The translations under genes were made by a program, and so were the position numbers. Of a DNA stretch of 64,000 bases, positions 17,400 through 33,924 are shown in pieces (positions within the stretch are counted from its first letter, which is position 1; every line of letters starts with the position of its first letter). Source of the stretch: the human T2T-CHM13v2.0 reference genome, Homo sapiens; the NCBI RefSeq assembly GCF_009914755.1, contig NC_060925.1; one strand, given 5' to 3'. A model generated the notes under the pieces. It was given only the letters and a program-made list of their open reading frames with translations. It had not been told where the DNA came from and did not search any database.

Positions 17400-18170
17400 A
17401 GAGAAGGAGTTGGTACCATAGCAACCTAAAATATTGACCAATGCGTTGTATTGCTTTTAATATCATTGGGCACACAGATTTTTATGTTTGATTATGCTAT
17501 AGGTACTCTCACATTTTTTAAAATGAAAAAAATTATGGGTTCGTACCAATGCTTCCAATTCAAATTTAAGATTACAGGGTTTTTACTCAACTTGGTTGGG
17601 TTTACATTTTCATTTTCTTTCTTTGCTGAAAAGCCTGGTTTTTAACAATTTTGACATAATTACTTATTTACCTTATTCTATAATATAACTATAATAGTTT
17701 CAAAATAGCTAAGTGAATATTGCTGCTAACAGTAAGATTACTGAACACAGTGTAAGATTTCTTTGTGGCTCATTTTGTCCATAGAACATATCCTGCTAGG
17801 ACCGTGTAATCGAAATGTTTAATTTTAAAGTCGTGTGAAGTGATTATTTTCTTCATGTTGTTGTGCCATTGACCTCATGGGCAGTTAGGTACATTTCTTT
17901 CCTCTTACTTTCAATTTTTAAGACTTGCTTTTCTGCCTTTTTGATTTTTAAAAAATTTGTATTCAAAGTCAAAACTATCTAACAAGATATACTCAGAGAA
18001 GTCTAGCTCCTATTCATATCTTCTCCATCCTGTTCTCTCTCTCTTAATAGGTGGCCGTTTTTATGAGTTTTTGGCTTATTCATTCAGCAATTTTTAAAAA
18101 TGTAAGCAAATTTGTATATATTCCTATTCTTTCCTCCTATTTTGTAGTTAATGATGGTAACAATTTTTTT
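17400..18170 (-). mobile_element. Old L1M fragment
   Basis: AT-rich L1ME-like sequence; approximate. Confidence 0.45.
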
Positions 18171-18196
18171 GTCATTGTTTCCAGTTAGAGATGCAG

Positions 18197-18580
18197 TTTC
18201 TTCCTTCTTTTCTTTTCCTTTTTCCCTTCCCTCCCCTCCCCTCCCCTTCCCTCCCCTCTCCTCTCCTCCCCTCCCCTCCCTTCTTCTTTTCTTTTTTTCT
18301 TTTCTTTTGACAGACGCTCCATCTGTCACCCAGTTTGGAGTGCAGTGGCACAATGACAGCTCACTGCAGTCTTGACCTCCTGGCCTCAAGTGATATTCCC
18401 ACCTCAGCCTCCAGAGTAGCTGGAACTACAGGTGCCTGGCACCATGCCCAGCTAATAAAAAAAAATTTTGTAGAGATGGGGTCTCACTATGTTGCCCAGG
18501 TCTCAAACTCCTGGCCTAAAGCAGTAGTCCTGCCTCAGCCTCCCAAAGTGCTGGGATTATAGGCATGAGCCACTGAGCTA
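18197..18580 (-). mobile_element. AluJ with CT-rich tail
   Basis: (CCCCT)n-like tail followed by a diverged Alu body. Confidence 0.88.
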
Positions 18581-19854
18581 GAGATGAAGTTTCTTTCTCC
18601 TCCCCTTAAACTGGGTGGGTCCCAACTGTTTTAACCACTAGAATGCAACAGAAACAGTGCTTTGCCAGTTCTAGGCCTAAGAGGACTGGCAGCTTTTGTT
18701 TCCTCCTTGTTATGCTCACCCTTGAGATTCAGGATTCATTTGCCAAAAAATAAAGCCCAAGCCATATGGAGACAGAGCGGTCCTAGCCTCTCAGCCATGC
18801 CTGCCAAGGCACCAGACATACAAGTGAGTCATCTTGGATGGTTCAGACCAGCCACCATTTGACTGCAGCAGCATGTTATGTGATGGATAAGAATTCAAAC
18901 AACAAATTAAGAACTGATTTTAAAAGCATAGGAAGAGAGAGTGAGAACTGACTCCCCAACATTACAATAGTTCAGGAGAATAATTTTTAGAGGAGACTTT
19001 GCTGGAGGATCAGAAGGACAGTTGTTTTTACCAAGAATGCTTTGTTTAACAGCTTTTTACCCTATCTTCCTAAATTGGGAAAAATTAAAATATGTTAAGT
19101 GAGGGCATAGGTGTTTGCCAAAATATTAACATCAGTTGTCGCTGAGTAGTGAAACTATGGGTAATTTCTTTCTTTTAAAAACTTTTCTATACTTTTCTAT
19201 GCTTTCTCTAAGTATTTATTACTTTTATCATGGAAAAGAGAAACATTATAGAAATGTTTAGGGATATGCTGGATCATTCTCTTTCCCACCCTTTGTTTTT
19301 GTTCTGATGAAGTCAGGTCAAAGAGAACACAAAACAGCACCCAGAAAGTAAAGAGAGATCCTCAGGGGCAAAATAAAATCCAAGGGCGTAGGGTGGTTGG
19401 GGTAACAGGACAGAGCATCAATCAGCCAGGGTCTATCCAGGAAACCAGGGCCCATAAAAAAAACTTCCATAGAAAAAACTCATCCAGCTCATCAAACACG
19501 AAACAACCATGGGGACTGTGCATTCAGCCATCCCTGGGATGTGTGTATGGGGCCCATGGCTTGGCAGCGGCTTGGTGCAGCTCCCATCTCTGGGGTGGAG
19601 TGCTCCCAGTTAGCTGCTGACTGTTACTGGCTTCAACCCACATGCTCAGTTTGCCTGGCTCTCAGGGCTGCCCCCGTTTCCTCATGTTAACCTGGTCAAT
19701 TACTGAATCCATTTCCTATTTTCAAGGAAATTGAAAGATGTGTGGCTCCCTCCCACTCCCTCTCTCTCTTCTCTCTCCTTGCCTTTCTTCTTCCCTCCCT
19801 TCTGTCTTTCCTTTCTTTCTTCCTTCCTTCTAGTAGGGAAGGAGGGTAAGGGGA

Positions 19855-20314
19855 TGTATTAGGGTTCTCATGAGAAAGAGAACCAATAGAATGTGTGTGT
19901 GTGTGCATGTGTGTGTGCGTGTGTGTGTGTGTGTGTGTGTATTAAGAAACTGGCCTATATGATTATAGAAGCTGAGAAGCTCCAAGATCTGCAGGTGGCA
20001 ATCTGGTGACCAAGGAGAGATGGTGCTATAGTTCCAGTCTGAGTCCAAGTCCAAAGGCAGGAAAAGATTGATGTCCCAGCTTGAAGATAGTCAGACAGAG
20101 AGCAAACTCTCCCTTGCTCACCTTTATGGTTCTATTCAGGCCTTAACTGGACTGGATCAAGCTCATCCACGTTGGGAGGGCATCTGTGTTACTCAGTCCA
20201 CCAATTCAAATGATAATCAGAAACATCCTCACAGACACATTCAGAATAATGTTTAACCAAGTATCTGGGCACTCTGTGGCCCAGTCAAGTTGACACATAA
20301 AATTAATCATCACA
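19855..20314 (-). mobile_element. MLT2-family (ERVL) solo LTR with internal (TG)n
   Basis: tgtattagggttctc...caagttgacacataaaattaatcatcaca. Confidence 0.8.
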
Positions 20315-21455
20315 GGTAGGACAAGAAGAGGCAGGAGAAAAAAAGCACTAACGCTTTCTCTTTAGGTAACCAGCCACCTTATCTTATGATCCCTCTGACT
20401 CAGGCCTCAGAAATTCCTTGGGTCTTGTAGAGAGTCACTGTGTTTAATTCAAAGGATTGCCTGATTTGGCTTTGCCAGCAAAAGGGACCTAACTGTCTTT
20501 CCATGATGGAGCCAGGAGGGTCCCTATCTGGTGATTAGGCAGCCTGTCTGGCTTAGGCCTGTGAAGCCAGGATGCTGTGCTGGGAGGGCACTGGGCGGAG
20601 GTGTTTTTCAGCTTCTAAACTCCACAGCTGGACTTCTCTCTGCCCTGAAGGGTTCTGGAGCTCACTACTCACCAGGGGAGAGTGGGGCTGGGGGCATGAG
20701 CAGAGCACACTGATGGAGGCAAGGCTCTGCTGCAGTGGGAAAGCTAGCCACAGGGCACTCCTGCAGAAAATGACAATGATGCCTGGTTCCTAACTGGTGC
20801 TTCCTGGCCTCCAAATGCTCTCACATTAGGTCGCCTGCCCAGAAGCAAAGCTAGAAAGTTCTGTTTAAATGATAACAATAGCTGCTTCACCCAGGAACTC
20901 ATAACTAGTGATGCCTTTGATGTACAATTATTTTTTTCTGAGAAGCTCGGAGCCCCACATGCTGTGCACAAATCCATGCATCAGACACCAGCCAGCTCTT
21001 GGGTTTCTTAGGAGCCACTTCCCAGGTTATCAGGTGTTGTCAGAGATGTGCAGATGTGTTAGAAGCACCATTGTTGGTCAACTCTGAGGAATTACGGTGA
21101 ACAGGAAAGGTGCTGGAGGATTGGAGCTGGGCAAACTTACTCAGATCTTTATAAAATGAACAAGACAGATTTTAACATCTACCTTCTGGTGAATATGTCA
21201 ACCTATAAGAAATGCTACAAAAATTATTAATTTTAAAATATCGAGGTAAAAAGCAGTCTTTACTAGGTGCTATTGGTTGTTTTTTAAAAATGAGCTCTCA
21301 GGGATTTCTCTGCAAAGATAACATATTAAAACTGGATTACAGCATCTTCCATTCCCAAAATCGATACCATAACCAGACAAAGGATTTATGAGAAAAAAAT
21401 TTTAGGCCTATTTTACTCATAAATATTGATGCAAAAACACTAAATAAAATATTAG

Positions 21456-22001
<546 letters not shown>

Positions 22002-22002
22002 C

Positions 22003-22082
22003 TATATCTATATCTATCTCTTTATATCTATCTGTCTGTCTATCTATCATCTGTCTATCTATCTATCTATCTATCCATCCAG
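22003..22082. repeat. (TATC)n-type microsatellite
   Basis: Imperfect tatc/tgtc/catc tetramers. Confidence 0.9.
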
Positions 22083-22351
22083 ATATGTTTAAGACTGAAC
22101 AGCGAAAGGTTGCTTAAACAAGAGACAAAAAAATGACAATAATGTAAGAGATAAATACATTTGACTGTAATAAACTTAAGAACATGTGTTCTTCAAAAGC
22201 TACCTTAGGGAAAGCAAAAGTAAAGAAACTAATTACAAACTGAGAAGAGATAGTCAACAACAATAGATCAGTGTCAAGAATACATAAAAAAATTCCACAA
22301 ACCAATAAAAAAATAACAACCCTATGGAAAAATGATCAAAAGACATAAATG

Positions 22352-22655
<304 letters not shown>

Positions 22656-22825
22656 AGAGAGAGAGAAACATGTATGGCCGATAAACACAAGAGAAGATTT
22701 TCAACATGTTTAATGATCAGAGAAACACATTATAATCTCTAAAATTTGTTTTTACCTCTGTTAATTGGCAATTAAAAATCTGACAACGTGAAGCTTTAAC
22801 AAGATTATAGAGCCACAGAACCTCT

Positions 22826-23123
<298 letters not shown>

Positions 23124-23502
23124 TTATACTCATAGGGATGTATGTTTGTGAAACACATTGGAAAATGGCTTGGCCTTCTCCCCTAAAATTGGACATCCAC
23201 ATACCCTATTACCCAGCAATTCCACCATTAGGTTTATATTCAAAAGAAACTCTCATGCACATAAAACAGGAGATTTGAATAAAAACACTCCTAGCAGCAT
23301 TTTTCACATTAGCAAAACCTGAAAATAACTCAATGTCCATTAATGGAAAAGTGAATGGATAATTGTGGTCTATTTACACAGCGAAATATTATCCAGCAAT
23401 AAAAATAAATGAACTCAACCATAAACAATAATATGAATAACTTTAACAATAATACTTGCTGGAAAAAAGTAAGTCTGAAAAACTTACATACAATATCATA
23501 TC

Positions 23503-23801
23503 CTTTTTTTGGGGTGGGGGGTCTCACTCTGTTGCCCAGGCTGGAGTGCAATGGCATGATCATGGCTCACTGCAGCCTCAACTTTCCTGGGCTCTTGTGG
23601 TCCTCTTAACTCAGTCTCCTGAGTAGCTGGGACTACAGGCACTACACCATGTCTGGCATTTGTTTTTTTTTTTGTATTTTTTGTGGAGACGGGATTTTGC
23701 CATGTTACCGAGGCTGGTCTAAAACTCCTGGGCTCAAGCCCTCCACCCACCTCAGCCTCCCAAAGTGCTGAGATTACAGGCATGAGCCACCAAGCCTGGC
23801 C
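23503..23801 (-). mobile_element. AluJ
   Basis: Diverged full Alu. Confidence 0.88.
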
Positions 23802-25349
23802 TCATTTCCTTTTTATAATTTCTAAAGTAACTCAAGTTTTATGAAAACACATCTTTTAGAAGCACACATAGACGCAATAGAACTTATTTTGAAAGGAGGG
23901 CACAGAGCTGATGGACAGAGGATTAAGAATGATTATCTTGGTCAGGTGGAGTCAAGAGGATGTGATGGGGCGGGACCATATGTCAAGGTTATTGTCAGGA
24001 TCCTCGTTTTTGTTTGGATCTGGTGCATTCACAGGTGCTTATATTATTTAAAATAACTAAGTAAAAACAAGCCATTTATAGACCAATAGTGAGGGTGTGT
24101 CATAAACCAAGGACAATACTCAGTCCAGTTCTGTGTACTTGAGTTCCAATGGAAAGAACAAAAAGTAGAAATGGAAGCTGGACAAAAGTTAGATGAAATT
24201 GTAACATTTTTTTTCAATTGATGTCATTTCAGTTCATTTACCACGTCTGTTATATCTCAAAGCACTCTGCCAATCAGTAACAATGGACTGAAATTCTCCT
24301 GGAGGGAGATGTCAATAGTCACTTGGTAGGTTGACTTCTCAAACTTACAGATAGCCAAGCTGGAAGGGAGAATCTTGTGGTAGAAATAGTCTGGGTCAGG
24401 TTCTTCGTGCTTGGATGAATTAACTGTGTTGCTTCTACCCATGTGGTCGCTTGCTCAGGATCTAAAGTCCCTAGAGAGAGAGAGCACCCATATGTTCAAG
24501 CATGGTGCTCCTTTACTTTGGTACTACAGTGGCTAGAGGAAGAGCCTTGCTGGCAGAGTCTCCAGGAATCACTTCGGCATCTATAGTGAAAGCACAGATG
24601 GAGACATTTACTGTATTACCACGACGTCACACCATGGGAAAGGAGAAGAGATGTTAGGTGGCCGAAGCACCTAACATATAATTTAAACATTATAGTATTA
24701 GTGGTAATAACAACACCTACCCTTTATGAAGTGCCTACCATGGGTCAGTCTCTTCAAAGACATTACTCTCTATCTTGACTATAAGCAGTAAGAGGACAGG
24801 GCTTCTGTCTTGTTCTAGGCATCTGGATCAGAGCCTAGTACATTGCATGCACTTAGTTAATATTTCAGTTGAATGGCCACCCAGCCTCCCAGCAGTGTCG
24901 TGAGGCAGGTATTATTCTTGAGAGAGAGGAATAGTAAGCGTGTGCCCTTCCCATGACCATCACTCACCATGCTCCACTGATTCTGCTTCCTCAGTACCTC
25001 TCAGGTCTGGTCTCTGCAGCTTCTCCTCATTGCCCCTCCTATCGGGCCCTTCTCATGGTTTGCCTGGAATGTTGCATGATCTCTCGCTCAGCTTCCTGGG
25101 CCCTAGCTTCCACATTTACAATCTATTCCTTGCGTTGCCACCGGAGTTTCTTTTTAAAAACGTATGACTTGCTGCTTCTATGGAGTAGGGCAAGTTTCCT
25201 AAAAGGGATAGGAAAACATGCGAGGTGGTCCAACACTATGGTTCACGACAGAAGGAAAGAGTTCTGTAGTATCGTGTGCGTGCTGTGTGCATCCTATATG
25301 TGTATTCAGGGAGTCGTTATTGGGACCACAATTTAAGAAGGAGGTTAAT

Positions 25350-25570
25350 TAAAACCCTACCATTTATTGATCGCATACTTTGAACCTGATCTTGCCTATA
25401 CCATTTTATTGAATTCTCACAATAATTTTTTGAGGTAGGCAATTCTGGTTCCACTTTACAGATGAGTACACCAAGGCCCAGAAAGGTTAGGAAGGGACAA
25501 GGTCACACAGCTAGTGAATGGTGGTGTTAGAATCTCCCACTCCCATCCCACCCCTGAGCTTTCTGGCCCC
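25350..25570 (-). mobile_element. MIR
   Basis: ccactttacagatgag...aaggtcacacagctagtgaatgg. Confidence 0.7.
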
Positions 25571-25804
25571 CGAGTCTCCTACTTACAAATAACTGCATCT
25601 GGAAGAATGTGTTCATGGCACTGGAGGATGCAATAGAGGAAAAGGGCTGACTGGACCCAGAAAAGAAAGACAGGAATAGTTTCAAACAGTGAGTTCCTGG
25701 ACCCTAGGAGATCCCCCCACCTTCCCTGTGGAGTCAGAGAAGCCGAGGAGACTGCTCCTTCCTTGCATGAGAAGTTGAGGGAATGACTTGTGATCCCCAC
25801 CTAC

Positions 25805-26101
25805 TTTTTTTTTTGAGACAAGGTCTCAGTCTATCACTCAGGCTGAAATGCAGTGGTGTGATCATAGCTCACTGCAGCCTTGAACTCCCGGGTCCAAGCA
25901 ATCCTCCCACTTCGTCCTCCTGCGTAGCTGGGACTATAGGTGTGCAGCACCACACCAGGTTAATTTTTAATTTTAGTTTTGTTGAGATGGGGGTCTTACT
26001 ATGGTGCCCAAACTGGTCTCAAACTCCTAGGCTTAAGCGATCCTCCCTCCTCAGCCTCCCACAATGCTGGGATTCCAGGCATAAGCCACCATTCCAAGCC
26101 T
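25805..26101 (-). mobile_element. AluJ
   Basis: Diverged full Alu. Confidence 0.88.
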
Positions 26102-26569
26102 GACGTACAGTTTCATAACTCTTTCTTTTCCACCTCCTTCTTTGCCATTTGTTTCTGAGCCACTCAATTCCAGTTAGCACTTCCACTGAGGAAGGGCTGT
26201 GAGAAGGGAGAAGCAGTGGCTAGAAAAAACAAATTAAATTAATTAAGGTCAGTTAATGAATTTATCTCTGAGTAGAGGGACAGAGTGACGGAAATGACCA
26301 TTGCTGGGAGTGGAAGCAGGTGGGTTCCAGTCCCAGCCCTGCTATGGGCTATGTGGTCTTAGGGGTGGCACTCATCCATGCACTTGTCACCTGTGGAATG
26401 TGGGGCTCAGGTCAGATACTCGGTCCTTCCCTGAATCTTCAGTGAGTTTGGGAGAAATGAGCATAGATACGTGTTACGGTTTCCCTACAAGAATGTTCAT
26501 GCAGCTTTACTTCTAAGAGCAAAACATTTGGGGGGAAATAAGGGCTTATGTGTTTTTTTTAGTAAAAAT

Positions 26570-26750
26570 GATTAAAACTTGCCTGTGGCTGGGACTTGGA
26601 ATGGGGAGCGACTGCAAATGGGCCCAAGGGATCTTTTTGGGGTGATGGAAATGTTCTAAAACTGGATTGTGGTGATGATTGCACAACTCTGTAAATTTAT
26701 TAAAAACCATTGGATGCTATGTAAATTATATCTCAATAAAGCAGTTAAGA
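26570..26750 (+). mobile_element. L1MB/MC-type 3' end
   Basis: ggggtgatggaaatgttctaaaactggattgtggtgatg...tatatctcaataaagc. Confidence 0.75.
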
Positions 26751-29519
26751 TGATTATAAATGCGGGAGAAAAAGATCCCATATCATGGTGGTTGCCTTAC
26801 AGATACCTCACTTTGTGGAAGGCATTCTGGAGGAGGCGATGATGAGCAAACTACACTCCTGTGTTTCTACAGAGCTGTTAAATTAGCCCAGTGTGGAGAG
26901 GGGCATGAATACAAATTGCTCTATCGCATGAAAGCATGTGGTTAAATGGTACCAAAGAAAGAAAAATCAGAATCAGGAGGAGGAATTTAGGAGAGCTTGA
27001 TGAGATCCAAACGAAGATGAAAATCGAGGCAGAATCTGTGAGTGGCTAAAGACAGAAAAAGGAAGGCTGTGCGGCCCATGAGCAGTTCCACTGAACATTG
27101 GAAAAGGGCGGTGGGGGGACCAGATACTGCACCCAGGCACCTAGTGACCAGTTGGTCCAGGATGGGCCCAGAGTGGCTGTGGAGAGAGGAGTCTGCTGGC
27201 AACCACAGTCATTCAGCCATGTAGTTGTGGTGTGTGCCTGCAAGGCTGGGCTTTGGAACTGGGGAGGACATGGCTATCAGCTAGGAAGTGGCAAAACCAG
27301 AATCTGGGATCCAGAAGAATAACTCTGGTGCTTGGCCCTCAACCACAAAGCCACACTGGCCCTCAACAACAATGCCACATTGCCTGCCTTACTGAAAAGG
27401 AGACTGAAGCTCAGAGGGGCTGAGTGAGTTGCTCAAGGTCACACAGCAGGAAGTAGTAGGGCTGAGAATTAAATTCAGGTCTCCTGGTGCCAAAGCTGAA
27501 GCAGATCCCACCAGTCTTGCCTCTCCACTGCTAAGGAGGACACAAGGACACAGCTAGTCCTGCTTTCATCCTCCTGGGACTCTGCCTGCCTGGGGAGGGG
27601 CCGAGGTACAGAGGGAGGGCTGGGTTGAGGCTATTCTTTCAGCTGCAGTCATGTGGTTGGGGAGAGCCATATTGAGAAGGACTCAACATAGCTCTCTATA
27701 AAGAGGAGCCTTGGAGCTCCCCTAAGTTCTCCTTTTGGGGTGCTTGTCATTTGTCCTGGCAGGAAATGGCTTGACTAGATGCCTGCTCAGCATCTGAAAA
27801 GGCTGACAGCTGTGCACAAGGAGACAGCACTTTGCCATGTTCACCCAAGGAGAAGGGAAGGGCAAAGTCTTTCAACTCAACCCCTTCACAGTGTGCCTTT
27901 CTGCCTTACGATTTGCTTTAAGAGCTCTCATTATTTTATTTAATGCAATAACACACACTGAATTCTTACTAGAACCAGCATTCAATCACGGCTCAATGTC
28001 CAAATTTATCCCTGAGCTGGCAAGACTCCCAAGCCAGGTGTACGTGCGTCCCATGCAATGCTTGACTCTCTCTGGAGTGATCTTGAGAGGTAAGCCAGGG
28101 ACAGTGCGGGAGGAAGGAAGGGGACACAGTGTGTCCTGGGTATTATCATCTGCTGCATTATGAGGAGACCTGGACTGAGAGAAGGGAATCCATTCCTCAG
28201 AGGCTGGAACGTGGCTTACCTTCTTTCCACTCCTGCCGTAACCACTTCAGTCCCAGGACAGCAGTGTCTGCAGGAACCGCTGTCCTACCACAGGGGGAGT
28301 CCCTGTGCCTCTGTAATTCCTGTGACTCCTGCCTTGGCTCCTGGTCTGCTGTCCATTCCCAGGGCACATGCTGGACCCTGTGTTTGTTCCCAGAGCAGCT
28401 CCTCTTCTGAAATCTTCACTTCCAATGCTTCACTTTCTGACCACAGTCCCACAATATGCCTTCATAGCTGAGCCCTGCTGGAGAAAAATCAAGTGGCCTG
28501 TAGATTGGCCTGGGGCCCAGCCTCAGCGGGGCATTTGGTGTCACTCAGCAACCACTTGACCTGGTCCTCTGAATGATTCCCCTTAATAACCGTCCACACC
28601 GTCACCATTTTCTTCAAGCTCTTCGCCCCAATGTTGCCCCCTCTGTCACCTACTTTAGTGAGCAAATTGCTGTGCGTTGGGTGCCCCATGTACTTGCCAC
28701 ATGGGTTGATAATGATTTATTTATGTATTTGTTTCCCCAACTCGACTGCATCCTTCTTTGGGTCAGGATCTGTCTCCTATTCATCTTCCTTTCCCTGTTG
28801 CCTAATCCAGCACCTGCAACCTCCTGTGGCTTAATCACTGTTGCCAAGTGAATAAGAATAGATCAAGGGGTCAAGGCAAAGGCTCACAGCGGAGGCTGGC
28901 TCAGGGAGATGACCCACACACTTGTTCCTGTGAGCTAGGAGGAGCTCAAAGGGCCTCCAGGGACCTCTATGCTGCTCAGCTGGCATTGAAATAAGAGAAG
29001 ACCAGTAACTGCTCTCTGCATTCTAAAATCCTATGTTGGGAGATGAAACGCAAAATCTGAGGTCATTCAGTCCTTTACAGTGCGGTTTCCATGGCGACTG
29101 TGGCCAAGGCCTGGGTAGGGGCAGCTGTGCCTCCTGAGGCCAGGCCCAAGTCCCACCTGTGTGTAGAAGAAGGGCACCCTCGTCCTTTCTGCATCGGGCA
29201 GGTGTACATGGGTTTCCAAGTCTTTTCTCTCCCGATTCACACACCCCGAGCAGCAGTGGAGCCATGAACTTCCTGCAGAGTTGAGAGCTTGGGAAAGCGG
29301 GGCAGGACAGACTAACCCTGAAGGACTGAGCTGCACCCACACACCCTGGACTCCTCAGCCCACCCACAGGTGCCACCATCCAAAGTCACTTGACCTGGGT
29401 GGACTGGGAATAATTCCGCCTCTTTCTTCTGGGAGTGGGGGTTTGAGGGAGTTGTGTGAAGACAATTTTTGTGTGTTTCTCACCACTCTCCTGCCCCTCT
29501 GCGATATCACTGGGCTTTA

Positions 29520-30044
<525 letters not shown>

Positions 30045-30681
30045 TCATCTCCCTCCTCATCCTCCTCCATATCTCCTCCCCATCCTCCTTACTTGTCTTC
30101 ACCTGGTTCCTGGTGACCCAGACCCCGTCGCTCTGCCTGATGGCCTCTTGGTTTCTCTGGAGCAAGGTCCTGGGAGCCTCCTTGACTTTCTCCTGGGCCT
30201 TTGAACCCTGCCCTAGTCCATCCCTGAATAGAGATGGGAGTAGGGAGAGAAAGTGGCAGACCAGGCTGCTATGTGGCATACTTGCCCCCACATTATGGAG
30301 CGGAGATCTCTGGGTCTGTTCTCCAGGTGCCCCCTGCACCCAGCCCAGCTCAGCCATGCCTCTTTCTCTTGCCTTCTGGGACTCATCTACTAGGCCTTTT
30401 CCTTATCATTTCCATAACAAGCTCTTTGCCTCTGCTTCCTCCTCAAGCTAACTTTCCTTCTCCCACCTTTCTGTCCTGGCTCTCCCTCCCAGCAGTCTAG
30501 CTCCACCTTTCACTCCTTAAGACTGCGATTTGGTGGACAACCCACAACTGCCCTGAACTGAGTCCTTTGAAGGAGATTTGAAGTCTACAAACTGCCAAAC
30601 TCAATCACTTGACTCAGTTCTCATCCTTCCCATGGGGGTGGCATCTTGTTTTCATCACGGAACACTGTGTCACATAGTTCA

Positions 30682-31051
<370 letters not shown>

Positions 31052-32609
31052 TCATCCCATTCTTTTCTGCCTGTGGTTTTCACCAGGGCATTTTCTCTGG
31101 AGAACCGTGTCCTAGGAAACCCTGCTGGCTCAAGCCCACGTAGACCCTCCCGTGGACCACCAAGGCTCAGAGCAAGGACTTCTCATTCCCTTGTGCATCA
31201 TTAAAAAGCACTGCTTTTCCTGCTACAGTCATTACAGGCTGAACTCTTCTAATTTTTTTTTAACATCTTGAGATATATTTACATGGGCCAGAGTAGTTTC
31301 TTTTTGTCTTTATCTCTTGCTTGATCTTTTACTTCTATATATGTTAGTTATCAAAACAATGAATTAATTCATTAGTATGAATTGATAGCCTCAACTGATA
31401 GCCAGTTAGGTTCTTTTAAAAAAAGTATCATTATAGACTCATGGATTTATATATATTTGACCTATTTCAATACACTGCTGTTACTGTCCTTATTGGTACT
31501 CACATTTTCACATCTCTGGCCAGCGGGAGCCTCTTCACCCTGGCTCCTGAGACCATTTTACGACTCTATCAAATCAAATTTGTCTTTGACTGTTTCCTCT
31601 CTATCTTCTGTGACAAGCTGCTCCAGGCTATATGATTTTCAGGGGCTCTGCTGCCAGTGATGGTTGGATGGTTGGATGACGAGTATTTTTTAAAGTTCCT
31701 TACATTATCCCTTTCCCCAGGGCAGGGAGAAAGTGTGGAAAGGTGGGAGGCAAATCTCTTCTGTGTTTCAGGCTTACCCAGGAGGATTGAGCTGGATTCC
31801 TTTCGACTGGGGAAAATGACAAGGCTCCCACCCAAAAGGGGGGCAAAGAGGGGTTTCCCCAGCAAAGGTGAAGGGTTAGGTTTGGGAGTTTCCAAGGGTG
31901 GCAGGGAACAAGCCATGTTTCCTTGTGGAATCTGGGAGCCGCCAGACCTCTGCTGGGGTGGCCTGCGGATGCAGGAGGAGGCTACTCTCAGCGAGCTGTG
32001 GACCTGGGCTCCTCAAGGGGATCCCTATTCTCACGGTTATCTGGGCTGCCCGTGGACCATCCCAGTCTTGGCAACAGGCAACTTAGAAACAATTCCATGA
32101 TGGAAGGCTGGAGGCCTTTCCTGGTTTTCTACAAGTTCAGCTCTCTAATCTTGCACAGCCCTTGGGAGAGGGAAGCTGACTTTGATATCACGCTGGAAAA
32201 TGGGACCCAGAGAAGGTTTAATTTAGTTTAAGCGAAGTCATGAGGCAGTTCTCATATCCAAGGACAGTTGTCTGTGGCCATGTCCCCAATTTTGAGACAC
32301 ACCCTTTAACTTAGGACATTTTGTTCCCTAGTCCTAGGTCTCTGGGGAACAGGAGGCTGTCCTTTCTCCAGATGTGGAGGATAGGGAGAGAAGAATCTGC
32401 TGTTTAAAGCCCTTCATAAATGCTAGCAATTATGATTTCCCTCTATGCCCCATTGCCCAAGAACTGCAGGCTCACCTCTGCTTCCCTTTCTTGTCCCACT
32501 CACCACCCCCTCCTCTGTCACACAGTTTATTGAGCTCCATCCACTCGGAACCATTTGCAGACTGAGGAATATGTCATGTGCTCTCTTACCTCTGGGCCTT
32601 GGCACATGC

Positions 32610-33100
32610 AGGTATATCAGTTAGGATTAGGTTCAGCTGCAAATTACAACAACAACAAAACAAACAAGTAGTTTAAATCTGACATTTATTTATTTGGCAT
32701 GTGAAAGAAGCCAGAAGGGTGGCTCTCCAGGGCTGATATAGCAGCTTCACAGTTGTCAGGATGCAAGCTCTTCTTAACTTTCTGCTCTACCATACTTTAT
32801 AGTTGGTTTCTATCTCAAGTTTGCTTTATGACACAAAATAGCTGCTGGCACTCCAGCCATCAAGTCCACATTCCAGGCAGAAAAATAGAGGAACTTGGTT
32901 GTGTCTCCTAGTTGAGTCAGAACTCCTTCCAAGAAACCCTGTAAACTTGTATTTATATCCCATTATTCATTGCTAGCTACAAGGGAGTCTGGGAAATGTA
33001 GCCCTTTAGCTAGAAATATTGCCTAGCAGGATAAAATGATGTTCTAATCATCAGGAAAAAGAGATAGATAGATATTGGGTAGAAGCTAGTAATCTCTGCA
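32610..33100 (-). mobile_element. Old MLT1 (MaLR) LTR
   Basis: atcagttaggattaggttcagctgc...ctagctacaagggagtctgggaaatgtag. Confidence 0.6.
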
Positions 33101-33924
33101 ATCAATGAATGTCCCTTCTCTTTGTTCAACTTGCTCTATTGACCCTTTTGCTCTCAGCCTAGATAGAGCTTCTTTTAGGAGACAGGCCTCTTGTAGGTAC
33201 TTTCCTTGTCCCAGACTTCCTCCTTATCACACTGTATTGCTCCTGCTGCTCCACCTGTCAGTCTCCTCCCTTGAACATGAGTGCCTGGAAGGCAGGGACT
33301 GTAGGTGCTCAATAAAGGCTTATGGAGTGAATGCTGGGAGAAGGCTGGGGCAGCCTCATCCAGGAGCATGTCACACTATTTCTCCCTGTGCAGAATGCTA
33401 TTATAAACTCCAATTGATCTTGCTATGTTTTCATTTCTATGTCATTACCACAAATATGTACCCAAACCTTGTTTTTGAAAGAAAAAACATCTCTTCCCCA
33501 AACCACCTGGGATGGCCCATGATTTGTACCTTCACAGCTTTGGAGAATGGAATATAAAAAACAGCATAGCGTCCAAACGGATCTGGACGTGGTCTGTAGG
33601 GCAATAAAATAAAAAGTAATTTATAAGTGGCAAGAAATTTGAACTGAAGCATAATTTTATTTTGTGAGGAAAGCCAAGCTGTTCCATATAATTTGTCATT
33701 CAAACGGGGCTCTCTGACTTGCTCAAGCCAAAGGCTCCTAACTCCTTCCCATCTCCGACTGACTCCTTCTGATTTAATTCTAAGTGGCCGAGCTCCCGGT
33801 ATCTCCAGTAAAGATGTTTGCTATCTCTTGGCTTAGGCAGGTTGTCTATACTCTTTGTAAATGGCTGATCTGAGATGAAAAATTTTGGCCGTATTATCCT
33901 AGAAATGTGCTCCTAGAAAAACTC